DNA of 64,000 nt from Chrysomallon squamiferum. Lineage: Eukaryota; Animalia; Mollusca. Shown here piece by piece: positions 15,011 to 39,380 of the stretch. Positions within the stretch are counted from its first letter, which is position 1; each line of letters opens with the position of its first letter. The translations under genes were made by a program, and so were the position numbers. Under the pieces are notes generated by a model. It was not told the origin of the DNA. It saw nothing but the letters and a program-made list of their open reading frames with translations, and did no database searches. The stretch lies in the NCBI GenBank assembly GCA_012295275.1, contig CM022677.1, positions 18,042,001 to 18,106,000 on the forward strand. The letters are read 5' to 3'.

Positions 15011-17005
15011 TTTTAAATTAAGACTTTACGAGCGGCTTTACGTTACGTCAATACGACTTCAGATTAACGACCAGTCGTAATTAATTAATTTTTAAATTCT
15101 ACTAAAAGACGTATTAAGGAAAAAAGGAAAAATTAAAATGAAGCAGATGATGTGGTACTGTGTCGGCGAAGATGTTTGTATTAAAACGAAAGTTTAATTG
15201 CATTTTTTTTTTCATGGCTTTTTTTTTTTTTTTTTTTTTTTTTAGTTAGTAGTTATCGCTTACTTTCTAATGAAGGTGACTGTTACAGAAAAAAAAGTGT
15301 TATGTGTGTGTGAGCGTGTGTGTGCGTGTGCGTGCGTGCGTGAAATCAACCAAAGAAAGAAAGAAAGAGGATTGGTAGATATGAAAAATAATCTACAGAA
15401 AACTAATGGATGTAGTAGATATATTTCATTATGGCATTTCAGAATAAACAAACGAAATAGTAAACAGACAAATAAACAAACAAACAATTAAATAAATGTA
15501 AAATATATATTCAACTAAACACAAGGTTTTTAAACGATGCAAAGTGTGTTGTTTTTTTTGTTGTTTTTTTAAATTTGTTTTAATTTCAAGTAACGCTCGG
15601 TTTCTTTATCATCTTTGCGGCAAAATCCGTTATTTCTTTTGACCGTCCATTAATTTACACAGTGATGGAGCGATGAAAGGACAGAACAAACGCTATTTAC
15701 CGAAAAGTATGAAAAACTAATTATCGTATTTATTATTTAAAAAAAAAAAAAAGTATAATTGCCAATCTGTCAGTTAAAAAGTTTTTGCTATCGGTAACCC
15801 GGTTGAAGAAAAGTACTCTCCCAGTAATTTCATTGTTGCCTTTTTATAATAGATGATGATTCGGTGTCGCTGAAGTAATTTTCTAGGATAATAATGATAG
15901 CGTGTTAGATAGCAGTATCCTTATGAGTTTCTTTTGATTTATGTGTTGTGTTAAGGGAAGACTGTTACTGTTGTTGTTGTTGTTGTTGTTAGTAGTAGTA
16001 GTAGTAGTTGTTGTTGTAGTAATAGTAGTAGTAGTTGTAGTAGTAGTAGCAGCAGCAGTTCTAGTAACAGTAGATATTAGAATACTACTAATAATAGTTG
16101 TGATAGGTGTAATAGTAATAATAGTAGTAGTAATTCATATTATTGTTATTATTATTATTACTCATAATAGTAATATTTATTGTTGTTGTAGTAGTAGTGG
16201 CAGTAGTATTAGTAGCAGTAGTAGCAGTAGCAATTGTAGTAGTAGCAGTAGTAGTAGCAGTAGTAGTAGTGGCATTAGTAATAGCAGAAGTAGTAGCAGT
16301 AGTAGTAGTAGCAGTATTAGTAGTATTAGTAGCAGTAGTAATACATCTAGCAGTAGTAGTAGCAGAAGAAGAATGATTAGTATTGTTATCGTTATTAGCA
16401 GTAGTATTAGAAATAATAGAAACAGCTTCTTTTGTAATTATAGTTACACAAATTCTTGGTTTTTGCTTTCTTGTAATAATTAACAGGAATCTGTAGGTGT
16501 CCTTTTGTGGTCTTAACAAATAACGTATTTATTCCTTGTTATTTTTTTTTTATCGATTTTGAAATATATGTAATAAGTAATTCATCATTTTGAAAAAAAA
16601 AAAGAAAAAAAAAAAAAATGTCTTTAAAATGAATCATTAATTTGGTTTGCTTAGTTCTTGTTGTTTTTTTGTGTTGTTGTTTGTTTTTTTTTTTTGTTCA
16701 GTAGCAAAATAATAATTAAAAAAAATAAACAGTTTTCTAACTGTGCCGCTGATAAAGAATATTGTTTGCATAAGTAATTTTCTGTTAAGAAATAAAAATA
16801 ATATCTGAATAAAAGTCGAGTTAACGATATAATTATTGTCATTACTGACGGTGTTTCGACACGAAGAAGACATATTTTCATTGTCACGTTGAACAAAATT
16901 AATAATTAATGCTAATACAAATATAAGTAATAGAAAACAAACATGATTAGGTACTGACCTTTTTTTTGTTGATAAATGATTGTATGTATGTTACGTGAGA
17001 GCATG

Positions 17006-17076
<71 letters not shown>

Positions 17077-17135
17077 CAGCTAACCTATGATGGATACATA
17101 TCTTAATAATAATATTAAATACTTACAACAACATC

Positions 17136-17192
<57 letters not shown>

Positions 17193-17984
17193 CAACAATC
17201 ACCATAATTATTGTCGTTATCATCATCATCATCATCATCATCATCTACTCTTTAAGTTCTTGATCACTACATAATCATAACTGCATCCCACAATGCAGCA
17301 GGGTGACTGACATACACGGGTTTGCTTATCTCATTGGCGAAAGACGTCTTCTCCTAATCAAATAATCAAAAATGATACATATATATACAGAATCTCTAAT
17401 TAGTTATAACATATAACTTGAAGAAACTTCGCTGTAATTCGAGACTTTGATGTAATCAGGTCTCACGAAGTGATAATTTGTCATTGGCTGGCTGCTAGTT
17501 GGGGTTTTTTTTTTTTTTTGTAGTTTTTTTTTTTTATGAAGCTTTTTATCGAGATTGAAGCGAGAGGTTTTTGCTTTCGGAACGATACTTGAAGTTTGGT
17601 GTTTTCGAGAAATGCACGTGCATACGCAACTGGTAAGTTGTCTTTGGTAATATTATGGTATAATATAATATAATATAATATAATATAATATAATATAATA
17701 TAATATAATATAATATAATATAATATAATATAATAATATGATAATACAATACTATAGAGTACATTATTATATAAAAATGAAATATATTACAGACAAAAAT
17801 TTTTCTTTTTCCGAAATATTTCATATTTCTCTGAAACCTTATTTAATGTACAAAACTATTGAAAGTATTATATGAAATTACCTGCAGACTGTCTATTTAA
17901 GCCCTGTATAAAATATAAATTGATTTCGTGTTTAGAATTTGAAAATATATTCACAGGCTTTTCCAAATTAGAAATTTCAAAAGT

Positions 17985-18011
17985 TTTTGGATAAGGGATG
18001 GTTAACCTGTA
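17985..18011 (-). mobile_element. Solo pogo/Tigger-like terminal inverted repeat (duplicate at 27444-27470)
   Basis: Minus strand reads TA-CAGGTTAACCATCCCTTATCC(A/G)AAA, resembling Tigger-type TIRs with a TA target; partner TIR not found. Confidence 0.5.
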
Positions 18012-18073
18012 GTAAAATTCTACGGAAAAGATAAATGTTCTTAACCAAAAAATTGTGTAATTTATTAATTCTT

Positions 18074-18139
<66 letters not shown>

Positions 18140-18546
18140 TTTTGTTTGTTTTTGTTGGTTGCTTTTTTTTTATTTGTGTGTTTCTTTTGCGGTTTCTTTT
18201 AACTTCAACTTTTTTTTATTTCATTTTCCTTTCTTCATATTTTTTCTTCTTGTTGTTATAACGTTCATTGTTAATCTTTTCTTAAACAAGATTAAGTTTC
18301 TTTATTTTTCTTTGCTTTCTTTTCTGTTTTTAATTAACCTTCTGTTATATTTTTTTTATTTAAATTTTTTTTTTTCTCTCCATTTCCTAAGGTTACCTTT
18401 CTTCATGTTTATTCAATTTATTATTCCTTTATTCTTTTTTTTTTTTCTTTTTTTTTTCTGCATTTCATTTCTTTATCATTTTTTTTTTAGTTTCAATTTC
18501 TCTGGTTTCTAATTTAGTTTATTAAATAATAATAATAATAATAATC

Positions 18547-18609
<63 letters not shown>

Positions 18610-19230
18610 GTTTAAACATTTTTTTAAAAAATGTTTATAATGGTAAATTGTTATAATATTTATGGAATAGCAATTTTCGTAATTTTTGAAATTACATTTC
18701 TCAAGTCTGTTTAATAAGCTACTGCTGTATATAATTATGAATGTTAGCACGTGCACACAAAATTAGATTATTCTGCATTATTCTGTTTTTCTATCCTTTT
18801 ACTATTTTTTCTCAGTTCTTCTCATTCCCTCTCTCATTCTGTTCTTTACCAGTTTTTCTCCCAATTTTGCTAACTCTTTCTCTATTTCTCTCTCTCACTT
18901 TTCTCTGTCGTTCTTCAGTCTTTTCTATCTCGTCTTCCTTTTCTCTCTACCTTTCCTGACTACCTCCCTCCATCTCTCTCTATAATTATCCATCTGTCTG
19001 TCTGTCCGTCTATCTATCTATCTGTCTGTCTCTCTTTCTCTCACCCTTTTTTCTCACTTTCTTTTTTCTCTTTTGCAAAGAAACGCAAGCGCGCACAAAC
19101 ACACACACACACACTCGCATTTTACACACATACACACTCGCATTTTACACACATACACACTCGCATTTTACACACATACACACGTATACAGAGCATTTAC
19201 TCTAAATATGTATTAAATTCCATATCTATA

Positions 19231-19271
<41 letters not shown>

Positions 19272-19359
19272 ATAATAATAATAATAATAACTTTTATTAT
19301 TTTTCAGGGGACCCATCATAAAAAACCCTGAAGTAACAGGTCTTTATAAAAGAACAAAA

Positions 19360-19614
19360 ATGAACTTCTCCGCGAATTTCTCATTCCCAGCCAACCAAAC
19401 GTACAACGATGACGTAGTATACGAGTACAACAATGACGTCATATCCGAAAGCGAAAACGAGACGTCACGTGACGAATGGCCGTACTTTGATTTATATGGC
19501 CGCGAATACTGGGCGATAGTTTTAACCATCGCTGTTATCGGAATCGTGGGCAACGTCCTGCAGTTTGTACTGATGACGGATTCGAAACTGAGCTACCTGT
19601 CGTATTCAGTGTAT
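19360..19614 (+). pseudogene. G2: 5' fragment of a GPCR (N-terminus, TM1, start of TM2), truncated by the duplication junction
   Basis: Near-identical to the G3 N-terminus up to LSYSVY, then switches into microsatellite. Acceptor ttttcAG at 19306-19307. Confidence 0.92.
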
Positions 19615-19633
19615 ACTGAGCTACCTGTCGTAT

Positions 19634-29119
<9,486 letters not shown>

Positions 29120-30214
29120 TTGAAATTTCTCTCGGTGTCCGACAGTCTGCTGCTGAGCGGAGTTCTACTGGAAGAGGCTGAGACATTTTACGAGGTCGAT
29201 TCAGTCATCGACATCAACAACGCCCTGTGCAAAACGCTCAACAGTTTGAGGTTCTCGACGAAGCTGTTGTCGCCGTGGTTGGTGGTGGGCCTCACCCTCG
29301 ACCGCTACGTCTGCGTGTGTTTCCCCATGACGCGGGAAAGGTTCTGCACCCGGATGAAAGCCACGGCCGTCTGCACATGCGCGGTTGTCGTGGCGTTGGC
29401 GTTGGTGGTCCCAGTTCTGACGGTGATGGAGATTCGGGACGGTTTCTGCACGGCGCCGATGTATCTCGAATACTACTTTCTCTTCGTTCGTCTCGTCGTG
29501 TCGTCAACGATGCCGTGTTTTTCATCCTCGTCCTCAACGTCTTAATCATCGTTCGCATTCAGAAAAGCCGGACGTTCCGCCAAATCGTTCGCGAGACCCG
29601 AACTGACCAATGAGAAGCGAGACAACTCCTCGCGACCTCTGGTGCTTCTTTCCGTCCTCGCTTTCGTCACGATAACTCCCGTGGCTCTGGCTGAATGCGT
29701 GGACTCGGTGTTAAAGTTAACTGACGTTGACAGAAGAGCTTTGAATCTCACGAGAAAGTTGTGGCCTGCGCTGAACGTGATATACTTGCTAAACTTTGGC
29801 CAGAACTTCTACATCTTGATCGGCAACGGTTCGAACTACAGAGACATAATCAAAACGAAGTTTTCCTGCTTCAAGAATGTCTCGAATCGAAGAAGGCAGA
29901 AGACGCCTGCGTATTCCACCGAAAGCAGGATCGCTACTCCAAGAGTGTCATCCTCGGATGCTTCAACCAGCGTGTGGAACATTGACAGCGCTTCGACCAG
30001 TGTGAAAGACTCTGTCGCAGTTTCCAGTGGCTTGTAAGACTTTGAGGAGAAGAAGAAGAAAAAGAAAAAAAAAAAAGATAAATTACGTAAGAATAAATCT
30101 GAGAATCATTAAAGAAAGAAAAGCGAGTTGAATCAATTTTGAAGTGAAAGAGAAGAAAATAAACGAAAAGGAATAAAGAACATAATATGAAAGAAAGAAA
30201 TGAGATACTGAAAA

Positions 30215-30263
<49 letters not shown>

Positions 30264-30757
30264 TTAACAAGAATAATTTAACAACAACAATAATAAGAAG
30301 AAACAGAAAAATAGAAGAATTCATAAAAATAAATCAATATATAAGTAATGTAAATAAATAAATAATAACAGCAACAACAACAGCAGTAACAACAACAACG
30401 ACGACCATGTTAGCAGACTGAGCATATATGACTTTTGTAATGATGGTTTATCTTCGTCAGTCTTTGTGGATTTTTTCATTTGGCGAATTACGTTCAACGA
30501 GAAGCCTATTTAATATACACAGCAGTATAATGATGATGATGATCATGTCGATGATGTAGACGGAGAGGACGATAACGACGTTGAAGAAACCCGTCTGACT
30601 TACGTAGCAAATCGTCAACCGTAACTCGAAGGACATTTATTTAAATATTCAATCAAAAATCCTGTTGCCGATGCCGATTATCGATTCTAATAAATGTTGT
30701 TTTCTAATCATATTTTTGAAATGTCGTTGCATTAAAATACTTATTATTACATTATTA

Positions 30758-30834
<77 letters not shown>

Positions 30835-31584
30835 CGAGTAGTAATATAAGAAATGCTTATTATAATTGTTCACTGATAAATATTTTCTGTTACTGACATA
30901 TTTGTTTCATCTTTTGGTGTATTCTGCGTGTTAAGCTATCATCAGTCAAACAGCAGAACAGCAGCTGTGAATCTTAAGCCGTTTAACAACTTGTTGACAT
31001 ACTCCTATTTTTAATTAAAAAAAAGTATTACATTTAATTCAATGATTTATTGATTTATCTCAAATCTTCATTCTATTTCTACCCTTCTGTTACTTTCTTG
31101 ATTGTCGATATCGTTATCGACGTCATCAGCCGCATCAGTATGATCATTTTCTTCTTTTCTCAATCTCATTATCATGCTTATCATCATTTTCAACATTTTC
31201 ATCTTCTTTTTCTTGTACTTTCTTTTCTAGTTATGTCTTTTGCATGTCTGTTGTGATTGTCTTAAAGTATAATATATATATATATAGACACATACATACA
31301 TACACACATGTATATATATAGACACAGAAAGAGGGACAGAAACAAAGAGAAGTGAAGAGAAAAAGGGAGATAGTTTATCATAGCATCAAACACGAACTTT
31401 ATAAAAGAAACCTACGTTATCACTCGTTACAAATGTCATAAATTTATATATATTTCACACACACACACACACACAGACAGACAGACACAAACATGTGTAC
31501 ACATATATTCGAATATATATATCAAATGGGACATTAAAGTGTATCCAACCCTTAAAATAATCAGAATTTAAAGAACAAATAAAA

Positions 31585-31643
<59 letters not shown>

Positions 31644-32438
31644 TGTATGTATATATATACTCACACACATACATACACACACCCACACACATACACACAC
31701 GTATATATATCGACACAGAAAGAGGGACAGAGACAGAAATATATTCTCTTTCCTTTGTTCTTTACATTCTGATTATTGTAAGGGTTGAAAACATTTTAAT
31801 TAAGCAACGCATTCGGCGCACTATCAGTGTACATGTATATCGTGATATATAAACTGTGGTTAAGGAAATGAAATGATGAAAGACAACGGACCAGAGATAA
31901 AAAACAAAAAAAACTAAATCACTTTAATCTACAAGTGCATTGATGTCAAACGTTAGATAGTTAAAGATAAAATAAACTCAAAACCAGATAGTTGACATGT
32001 TTTCTTCTTTATCGTTTTTCTTTTTATTCTTTACTTTTTTTTACTGTGCAAAGTAGAAGATATATAATATTGCATCTGTGCACAAAAACATACACAAAAA
32101 TAATATATAATAAAAAATAAAAAAGATCAAAATAAAATTAAAAAATAAGAAAGAAACAGAGATTATTTCGTCACTTTGAGAAACCCGTCATAGTCTAGAA
32201 TGGGATATTACCACACAGAAATTCTAAAGAAGATTTGAATTTGTCCTCTAGGAAGTTTTTGCTACATATTACATCGTACTTGAGATATTTATGATTAATT
32301 ATGTAAAAAGCGTTCACGTCGTGTAAACAATGATGGAACAAGAAAATTCCAGGTAATCTTTAAACTGAAGAAATAAATATATAAAAATAAAGTGAAATAA
32401 ACATTAACGATCAAGATATAGAAATTATGGCCATACAA

Positions 32439-32482
<44 letters not shown>

Positions 32483-34131
32483 ATAATATAATAAAATGAA
32501 AAACATTTACCATCGCAATTACACAAGAACATTCCCCGTACTACCGGAATTATATAATAACGTTTGTTAGATATATTAATTGTATAAAAATATTCATTCA
32601 GTAATCCGAATTATATAACAACAACAAACACAAACAATAATAATAACAACCCCCCTAAAAAAAAAAAAAACACAAAAACAAACAAAAAAACAACAACAAC
32701 CCAAAACAAACAAAAATATTAATAATAAAAATAAACACAAAATAAATAATGTAAAAAAAAACAAAAACAAGAAAAAACATAACATTATTCAGTTACGTAA
32801 GATCCTTCGTAATCGTCAAATGTTGTGAAGCCGTCATAATAACTACACAATCCTCCGGTTGCTATGACGACCATAACGAACAAGAAAGACAGTGTCAGAT
32901 TTCGTCTATCTTAGTAAATAGTTTGTATATTTCTTCTTCAGACATCTGTCAACGGAAGAACGAGCCAGCAGGCAACGCAAATAGTCTATAAAGTGAAATC
33001 CAAAACCAGTCTGACAGACATTAATGACTCTTTAACACGGGAGGAATTAATAGTGTGTTTTCACCCGGGTTTTTGATTAATACGTTTTATGAGCTGAGTG
33101 TTTCGTTTTTTTGTTTAACAGCAGCATTGATTTTATTCCGTTGTCGTCGGCGACAGATTGGCAAGATTAATTTGTTTCTACCTGTTTATGGAAGGTCATG
33201 TAACGTTTGTACTTTTGGTATATTGTTGAATGATAAAGAAACCCAGGAAGTTTATGAACAGACACAATACGTATTTTTTTTAAAATTTTTTTTCGTTTTT
33301 TATTTTTTTGTTATTGTTTTTTCTTTATCTGGATCAGGTTGTTGTTGTAGTTGTTGTTGTTCTTCTTCTTGTTTTCGTTATAGTTCTTATTACTATTATT
33401 ATTACTATAAAACTTAATTATATATAAAACTGTATATGTATGTATTTACAGGCGTATGTCATTAATAGACTGTTTGCAATACTACCTAATGCTGTCTTTG
33501 CGTGACGCTTATTTTTCTTGTTACTCGGTTTCAACTTTTTGCCCACGCACTGCTGCTTGAAAGAGGCAGACAACATAATACTGAATAATCAAACCGAAAT
33601 GAATCTTGTTAAAGATGAATACCGTTTTATTTTAAAACGTCTTTCGTATATGTATTTACGACAGGTATATATTTAAAAATATATATATTACTGTTACAAA
33701 CCATCTGTTTTTAAACTTGTAGCAATTGTTGTCAGCTGAAAATAGAAAAGAAGTGTATAATACTGAATAAATAATTAAATATCTTAAACATTCGCGCTGA
33801 TATATATACAGTTGTCCATCCTTCATTTAATATACAAATTGTCTTCTGTTGAATTTTTTTTTTTTTTTTTTTATATATTTTTAATTTTTTTAAAGTGAAT
33901 TGTTAGCCAACGAACCAAAAGGTTTAGAGGTAATAAACAATACAATACAATGTGGATGGAAGCGTTTTTCTGCGTTTTGTTTATGTCTGTGACTACGTAT
34001 GAGTGTCTTTGTATACAGAAGCGGAAGTAATAGGACACTCGTGCTCAACGATATTACAGCATAAAGAACAGTTACTGTAAAATATTAGACACTTATACAC
34101 ACACACACACACATATATATCTATCTATCTA

Positions 34132-34173
<42 letters not shown>

Positions 34174-34200
34174 CACACGGAGAGAGACACAGAGACAGAG

Positions 34201-34375
<175 letters not shown>

Positions 34376-34394
34376 GAGTGAGAGAGAGAGAGGT

Positions 34395-34575
<181 letters not shown>

Positions 34576-34739
34576 AACAACTGGGCTAGATCCGACATTT
34601 TATTTCTATGGAGAAATCTTAATGGACTAAAACTAATACTACTGAAAATGATGATAATACTGACAACTGTTAACCTGCTTAGGAAAACTACACTAGACTA
34701 GAAAGGTACACTTGTTATTAAAAGAGATAATTAATATTG

Positions 34740-35290
34740 GACAAATATATTACAGTCTACAAAGTCTACTTATAATCTACGTTGGAAAATCTACAGTTGG
34801 TTGGCGCTGGGTGCCAGTGGTTTAGGGAAAATACCGCTGAATAATAATAACCTGCATAGGAAAATTAGATGAATCTGGTATTGAACATATATAATATATA
34901 TAGGCAAATTACAGTATCTGATAATGAACATATATAACCTTATTGGGAAATTATACAGATAACTTAATCTACAGTTGTAGGATAGAGTAGTCTACCGTGC
35001 ATTTATAATCTACATAGAGAAATTAGATTAGACTACCGAACATTTGTAATCTTCAGAAATAAAAGACTACTCTAGTGAACACTTATAATCTACATTGGGT
35101 AAATCAGAGTATTTTAATATTTAATAGTTTTAATCTACTGAAGGAAATCTATATAATTAGGATATATATCGAATGTCGTTAAATAATAACGATAGATAAT
35201 ATTCAACATTTGCGATGCAATGAAATAAATGACACTAGATCAATCTACAGGGGGAACAATAACTGAATATTTTGTAATCTGTATTACACT
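34740..35290. repeat. Degenerate tandem repeat (core gaacat/cttataatctaca...gaaattag) upstream of G4
   Basis: Recurrent tataatctac-like cores at irregular ~45-60 bp spacing. Confidence 0.55.
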
Positions 35291-36446
35291 ACGTACTGGC
35301 GCAGTAAGACAAAGTCCATGCATGACCTCAGAAAAGTCAGATTCCTCAGCGAACCTAAGCGATCACAACACTTGTTTGCCTTTATTTATAAAATTAAGCA
35401 AATGAACATAAATAAAAGTAAAAATAGATAACAATATCACAGACACACACACACACACACACAGACACACATATATATGTGTGTGTGTGTGTATGTGTTA
35501 TATTGTTATCTACACACACATACACATACACAATCATTTTGATGACTGAAGGATATTGACTACCTATAGTTTACCAAACGATATTTTAAAATGAATACAT
35601 CATCTGTTAATTTTAGAAACATATTATTTTAATCTATTTGTTAACAAAAAAAAAAATGGCAGTCTGTTTTGAATACGGTATTGGTTAAGAATTATTTCAA
35701 AAACACTGACGCATGTACTATTTATAGAAAACGTACTATATGTTAATATTTGTTTTTCTCAATTCAGCTATGAAACGCCTACTGAAAATTGATACTCTGT
35801 ATATTGACAGAATAACGTTTATAAATTCTACTGAAAAAAATAGTTTTTCTTAAATATCAGAACTTATAAGTTACGAAAGATAATATGTCAGTCTTCCGTT
35901 TAGGCAACTTTAAATCGAAGTTGTTCAATATCTGAGGATAAATCATAGTTTCCCATGATAGCACGCGGTTCTTTGTCTTTCGTCATTTTTGCATGCATTT
36001 ATTTTTAATTTTTTATGTATGTGTCTATGCATGTGAATGTGTGTGTGTATATATATATATATACAGGTAGATATGAATATGTATATGTGTGTGTGTGTGT
36101 GTGTTTGTATGTATGTTTGTAAAAACCTGAAGAGAAGAAAAAAAGAAAAAAAAAAAAAAGAAAATATATTAATAGTAAAAGAAAAGAAAAAGAAAAAAAA
36201 AAAAAAAAAAAAAAAAAATAAAAAAAAAAAATACAGAAGAAAAAGGAAAAAAAGAAAAAAGAAAAAAAAAAAAAAAAAACAAACAAACAACAACAAAAGA
36301 AGAAAAGCTCACTCAAGCAGCTACAGACTCCACTGCCGTGAGTTAATAAGATTTAATTACAGCCACTAAGAAATTTTTTCTGCTTTTTTTTTCTTTTTTT
36401 TTTTCTACATCTGCACTTGCGGAACGTAAATAAACATAAACTTGAA

Positions 36447-36763
36447 CGTTACCAGTTCACGAATCAACTTGTTAACGTGATGAAAGAAAACGTCACTCTA
36501 AAAAAATAATCTTTACTTTTTACTCGAACACAATCTTGATTAGAATCAGAACGAAATTAATTAAAAAACGATTTTTTTCTCTTTTCATACACGTTTTATT
36601 ATTATTATTTTTTTGAATTTTTAATAAAATACCAGTGAGGAAAGGTAAAATTAAAAACGAATAAAGGTATGATTGGATATTCTACTGGCTCAGAATTCGT
36701 ATAAAAGGGGAATTTTTAATTCCGTCTTCCAAGTGTGGCTATGTAGGAGTTTAAACGGTAGGT
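36447..36763 (+). promoter_or_regulatory. Promoter and short non-coding exon 1 of G4
   Basis: Proximal motif at 36447-36496, ATTGG at ~36672, TATAAAAG at 36700-36707, donor G|GTAGGT at 36758. Acceptor AG at 37847-37848 with TACTAA upstream. Confidence 0.65.
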
Positions 36764-37056
36764 AGCTGTTGCTGAAGTTTTTATCAGATAAGAGAATTAT
36801 TACAGGAGAAATATACGATATTTATTTATTAGTTTAATTGTTTATTTGTTTGTTCTTTTAATTACTTTTACTAATTAGTATTTATTTTTATTTTTTATTA
36901 GTCATTCATTGAGTCACGAATTCATTAATTTATTTATTTAATATATTTTTGTTTATTTACGTTTTTTGCTTATTGGTTTCTTGCCGTGTTAGATGACATA
37001 AAAGTATATTTTTATCCTTCCAAAGTAGATTCAGTAGAAAGGTTCTATACGTACAA

Positions 37057-37120
<64 letters not shown>

Positions 37121-37190
37121 TCTTTTATTATTGTTACTACTTCTACTTTATTATTATTATTTTTATTATCATTATTATTATTATTACTAT

Positions 37191-37249
<59 letters not shown>

Positions 37250-37468
37250 TTATTGGTACTACCTTCTCCATGTCTCACCTTTTTGTTTTGGCTTATCTCT
37301 CTATATCTTTTCACATGCGAATTTAAAAGTAGTTGTAGTAATTTAAAAGAGTATTTGGAACAATAGTAATAGCAGTAGAAGTAGTAGTCGTAGAACATTA
37401 AAATAAGGGAAATAATTTACTAGTGATAATAATGACGATATGACTATTTCTTCACGAAATATATGTAT

Positions 37469-37594
<126 letters not shown>

Positions 37595-37866
37595 AAAATG
37601 CCAAGTGAGACAAACATATTGATTAAAAGAATGTCGTGTGAGGATAAATAGATCGAACAATATATATAGAGACAGACAGACAGAAAAAAGAACAAGAAAT
37701 CCTTTGTGATTCTGAATGAATAATATTGTAAGTTAAAATAGGTTTGATTCATGTAACTTTCTCTCTCTCTACTTATATATAATAAAAAATAATAATAAAT
37801 ATATTTAATATATATTTCATTACTAAAGTTTCGTTTTCTTTCTTTTAGGTTTAAAATTATTCCAAC

Positions 37867-38967
37867 ATGAACACGACATCAACGATAATACCGTCGTTGT
37901 TCGAAGCGAATCAGACTGAATTCTACTACATCAGCACTACGGACAGCTTCGACTACGGCAACGGGTCAACAACAAAGAGTTCGCCGTTGTCGTTTGTCAG
38001 TCTGCGAGGCTTGGGATTCTGGTGTACCGTGGTGGCCATTTGTGTGCTGGGTCTCATTGGGAACACGCTCCAGTTTATTCTCATGAACGATTCGAAGTTG
38101 TCTCCCTTCTCTTACTCCGTCTACATGAAATTTCTGAGTTTCTCCGACACGTTCGTGCTGGCTATGAATCTCCTGAGAGAAACTGAAATCCAGTTTCAGC
38201 TCAAGCAGATCGTGCACTCCCACATCGCCTGGTGCAAAACCCTGATCTGTTCCATAATATACCCGACCATTCTCTCTCCCTGGCTGATAGTCGGCCTCAC
38301 CCTTGACAGATACGTCTGCGTCCGTTTCCCGCTGTCACGTGACCGGCTCTGCACGCGCACGAAAGCTCTGGTGGTCTGTTGGTCTATGGTTCTCTTCACG
38401 GCGGTTCTCATGGTCCTGTTAAAAATAAAAGACAATCAATGCGACTTGGACGTCAATGTAGGCTTTTACTTCCTGTCTCTTAAAATGGCTCTGTCGTCCA
38501 CGATGCCGTGCGTCTGCATCTTCATCCTCAACGTTCTCATCATCGTACGAATCAAGCAAAGCAATGCGTTTAGGAGCACGTTCATGAGCGCGAACGCGGA
38601 CAAGAAATAGGACAGCGCTACTCGCCCGCTCGTTCTGGTCTCGGTCCTCGCTTTGGTCACCATTCTCCCCGCGGCAGTCACCGATTCCGTTTACAAAGCT
38701 CTTTATCTCTCGAAGATTGACAAAATAGCTATCGCCCTCACTAACGATCTCTGGCCCTTGTTTAACACGATCTATCTGTTGAATTTCGCTCAGAATTTTT
38801 ACATACTGATCGGCAGCGCCAAGAATTACAGGCAGGTCATGCTATCGAAAGTGAGACCTTTGAAAAAGTCGACGGATCCAAATGGACGGATGACGAATAG
38901 TCCTGCTGTGAATTCGGTTCCCGACGGTATCAACATGTCCACCGTGTCCAGTTTCACAGCCACTTGA
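37867..38967 (+). pseudogene. G4: GPCR with one in-frame TAG (38608-38610) in ICL3 and a 4-aa deletion at the end of TM4
   Basis: ORFs 37867-38610 and 38653-38967 are in the same frame; KK*DSATRPLVLVSV aligns with QKQDKATRPLVLVSV of G5. Confidence 0.88.
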
Positions 38968-38969
38968 GT

Positions 38970-39380
38970 GATTTTACGTGATGCCATATTTTGGGAATTA
39001 CAGGAATTTTCGTGATTTTTTTTTTGTGTGTGTCTTACAGGAATTTTGTGTGATGTTATATTTTGTGACTTATATTTTATATTTTATATTTTTATTTTTC
39101 CAACAATTGTAAGAGATCTTAATTTAGTGACTCGATGGAATTTAACGTGATATTATATTTTGTGACTTGCATGCATTTTATGTGATGTTATATTTAGTAA
39201 CTTATAGCTTTTACGTTACGCTAATCTTGTGACTTATAGGAATGTTACGTGCTGTTCTGTTTTGTAGCTTACAGGAATTTCACAGGATGATGTGATTTGT
39301 GACTTACAGCATTTTATGTTATGCTAATTTGTGACTAACATTACATGATTTTGTATTTTGTGACTTACAGTTTTACATTA
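38970..39380. repeat. Degenerate ~35-bp tandem repeat (gtgacttacaggaattttacgtgatgttatatttt) immediately 3' of G4
   Basis: About 10 recurring tgtgactta/cgtgat cores. Confidence 0.75.
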
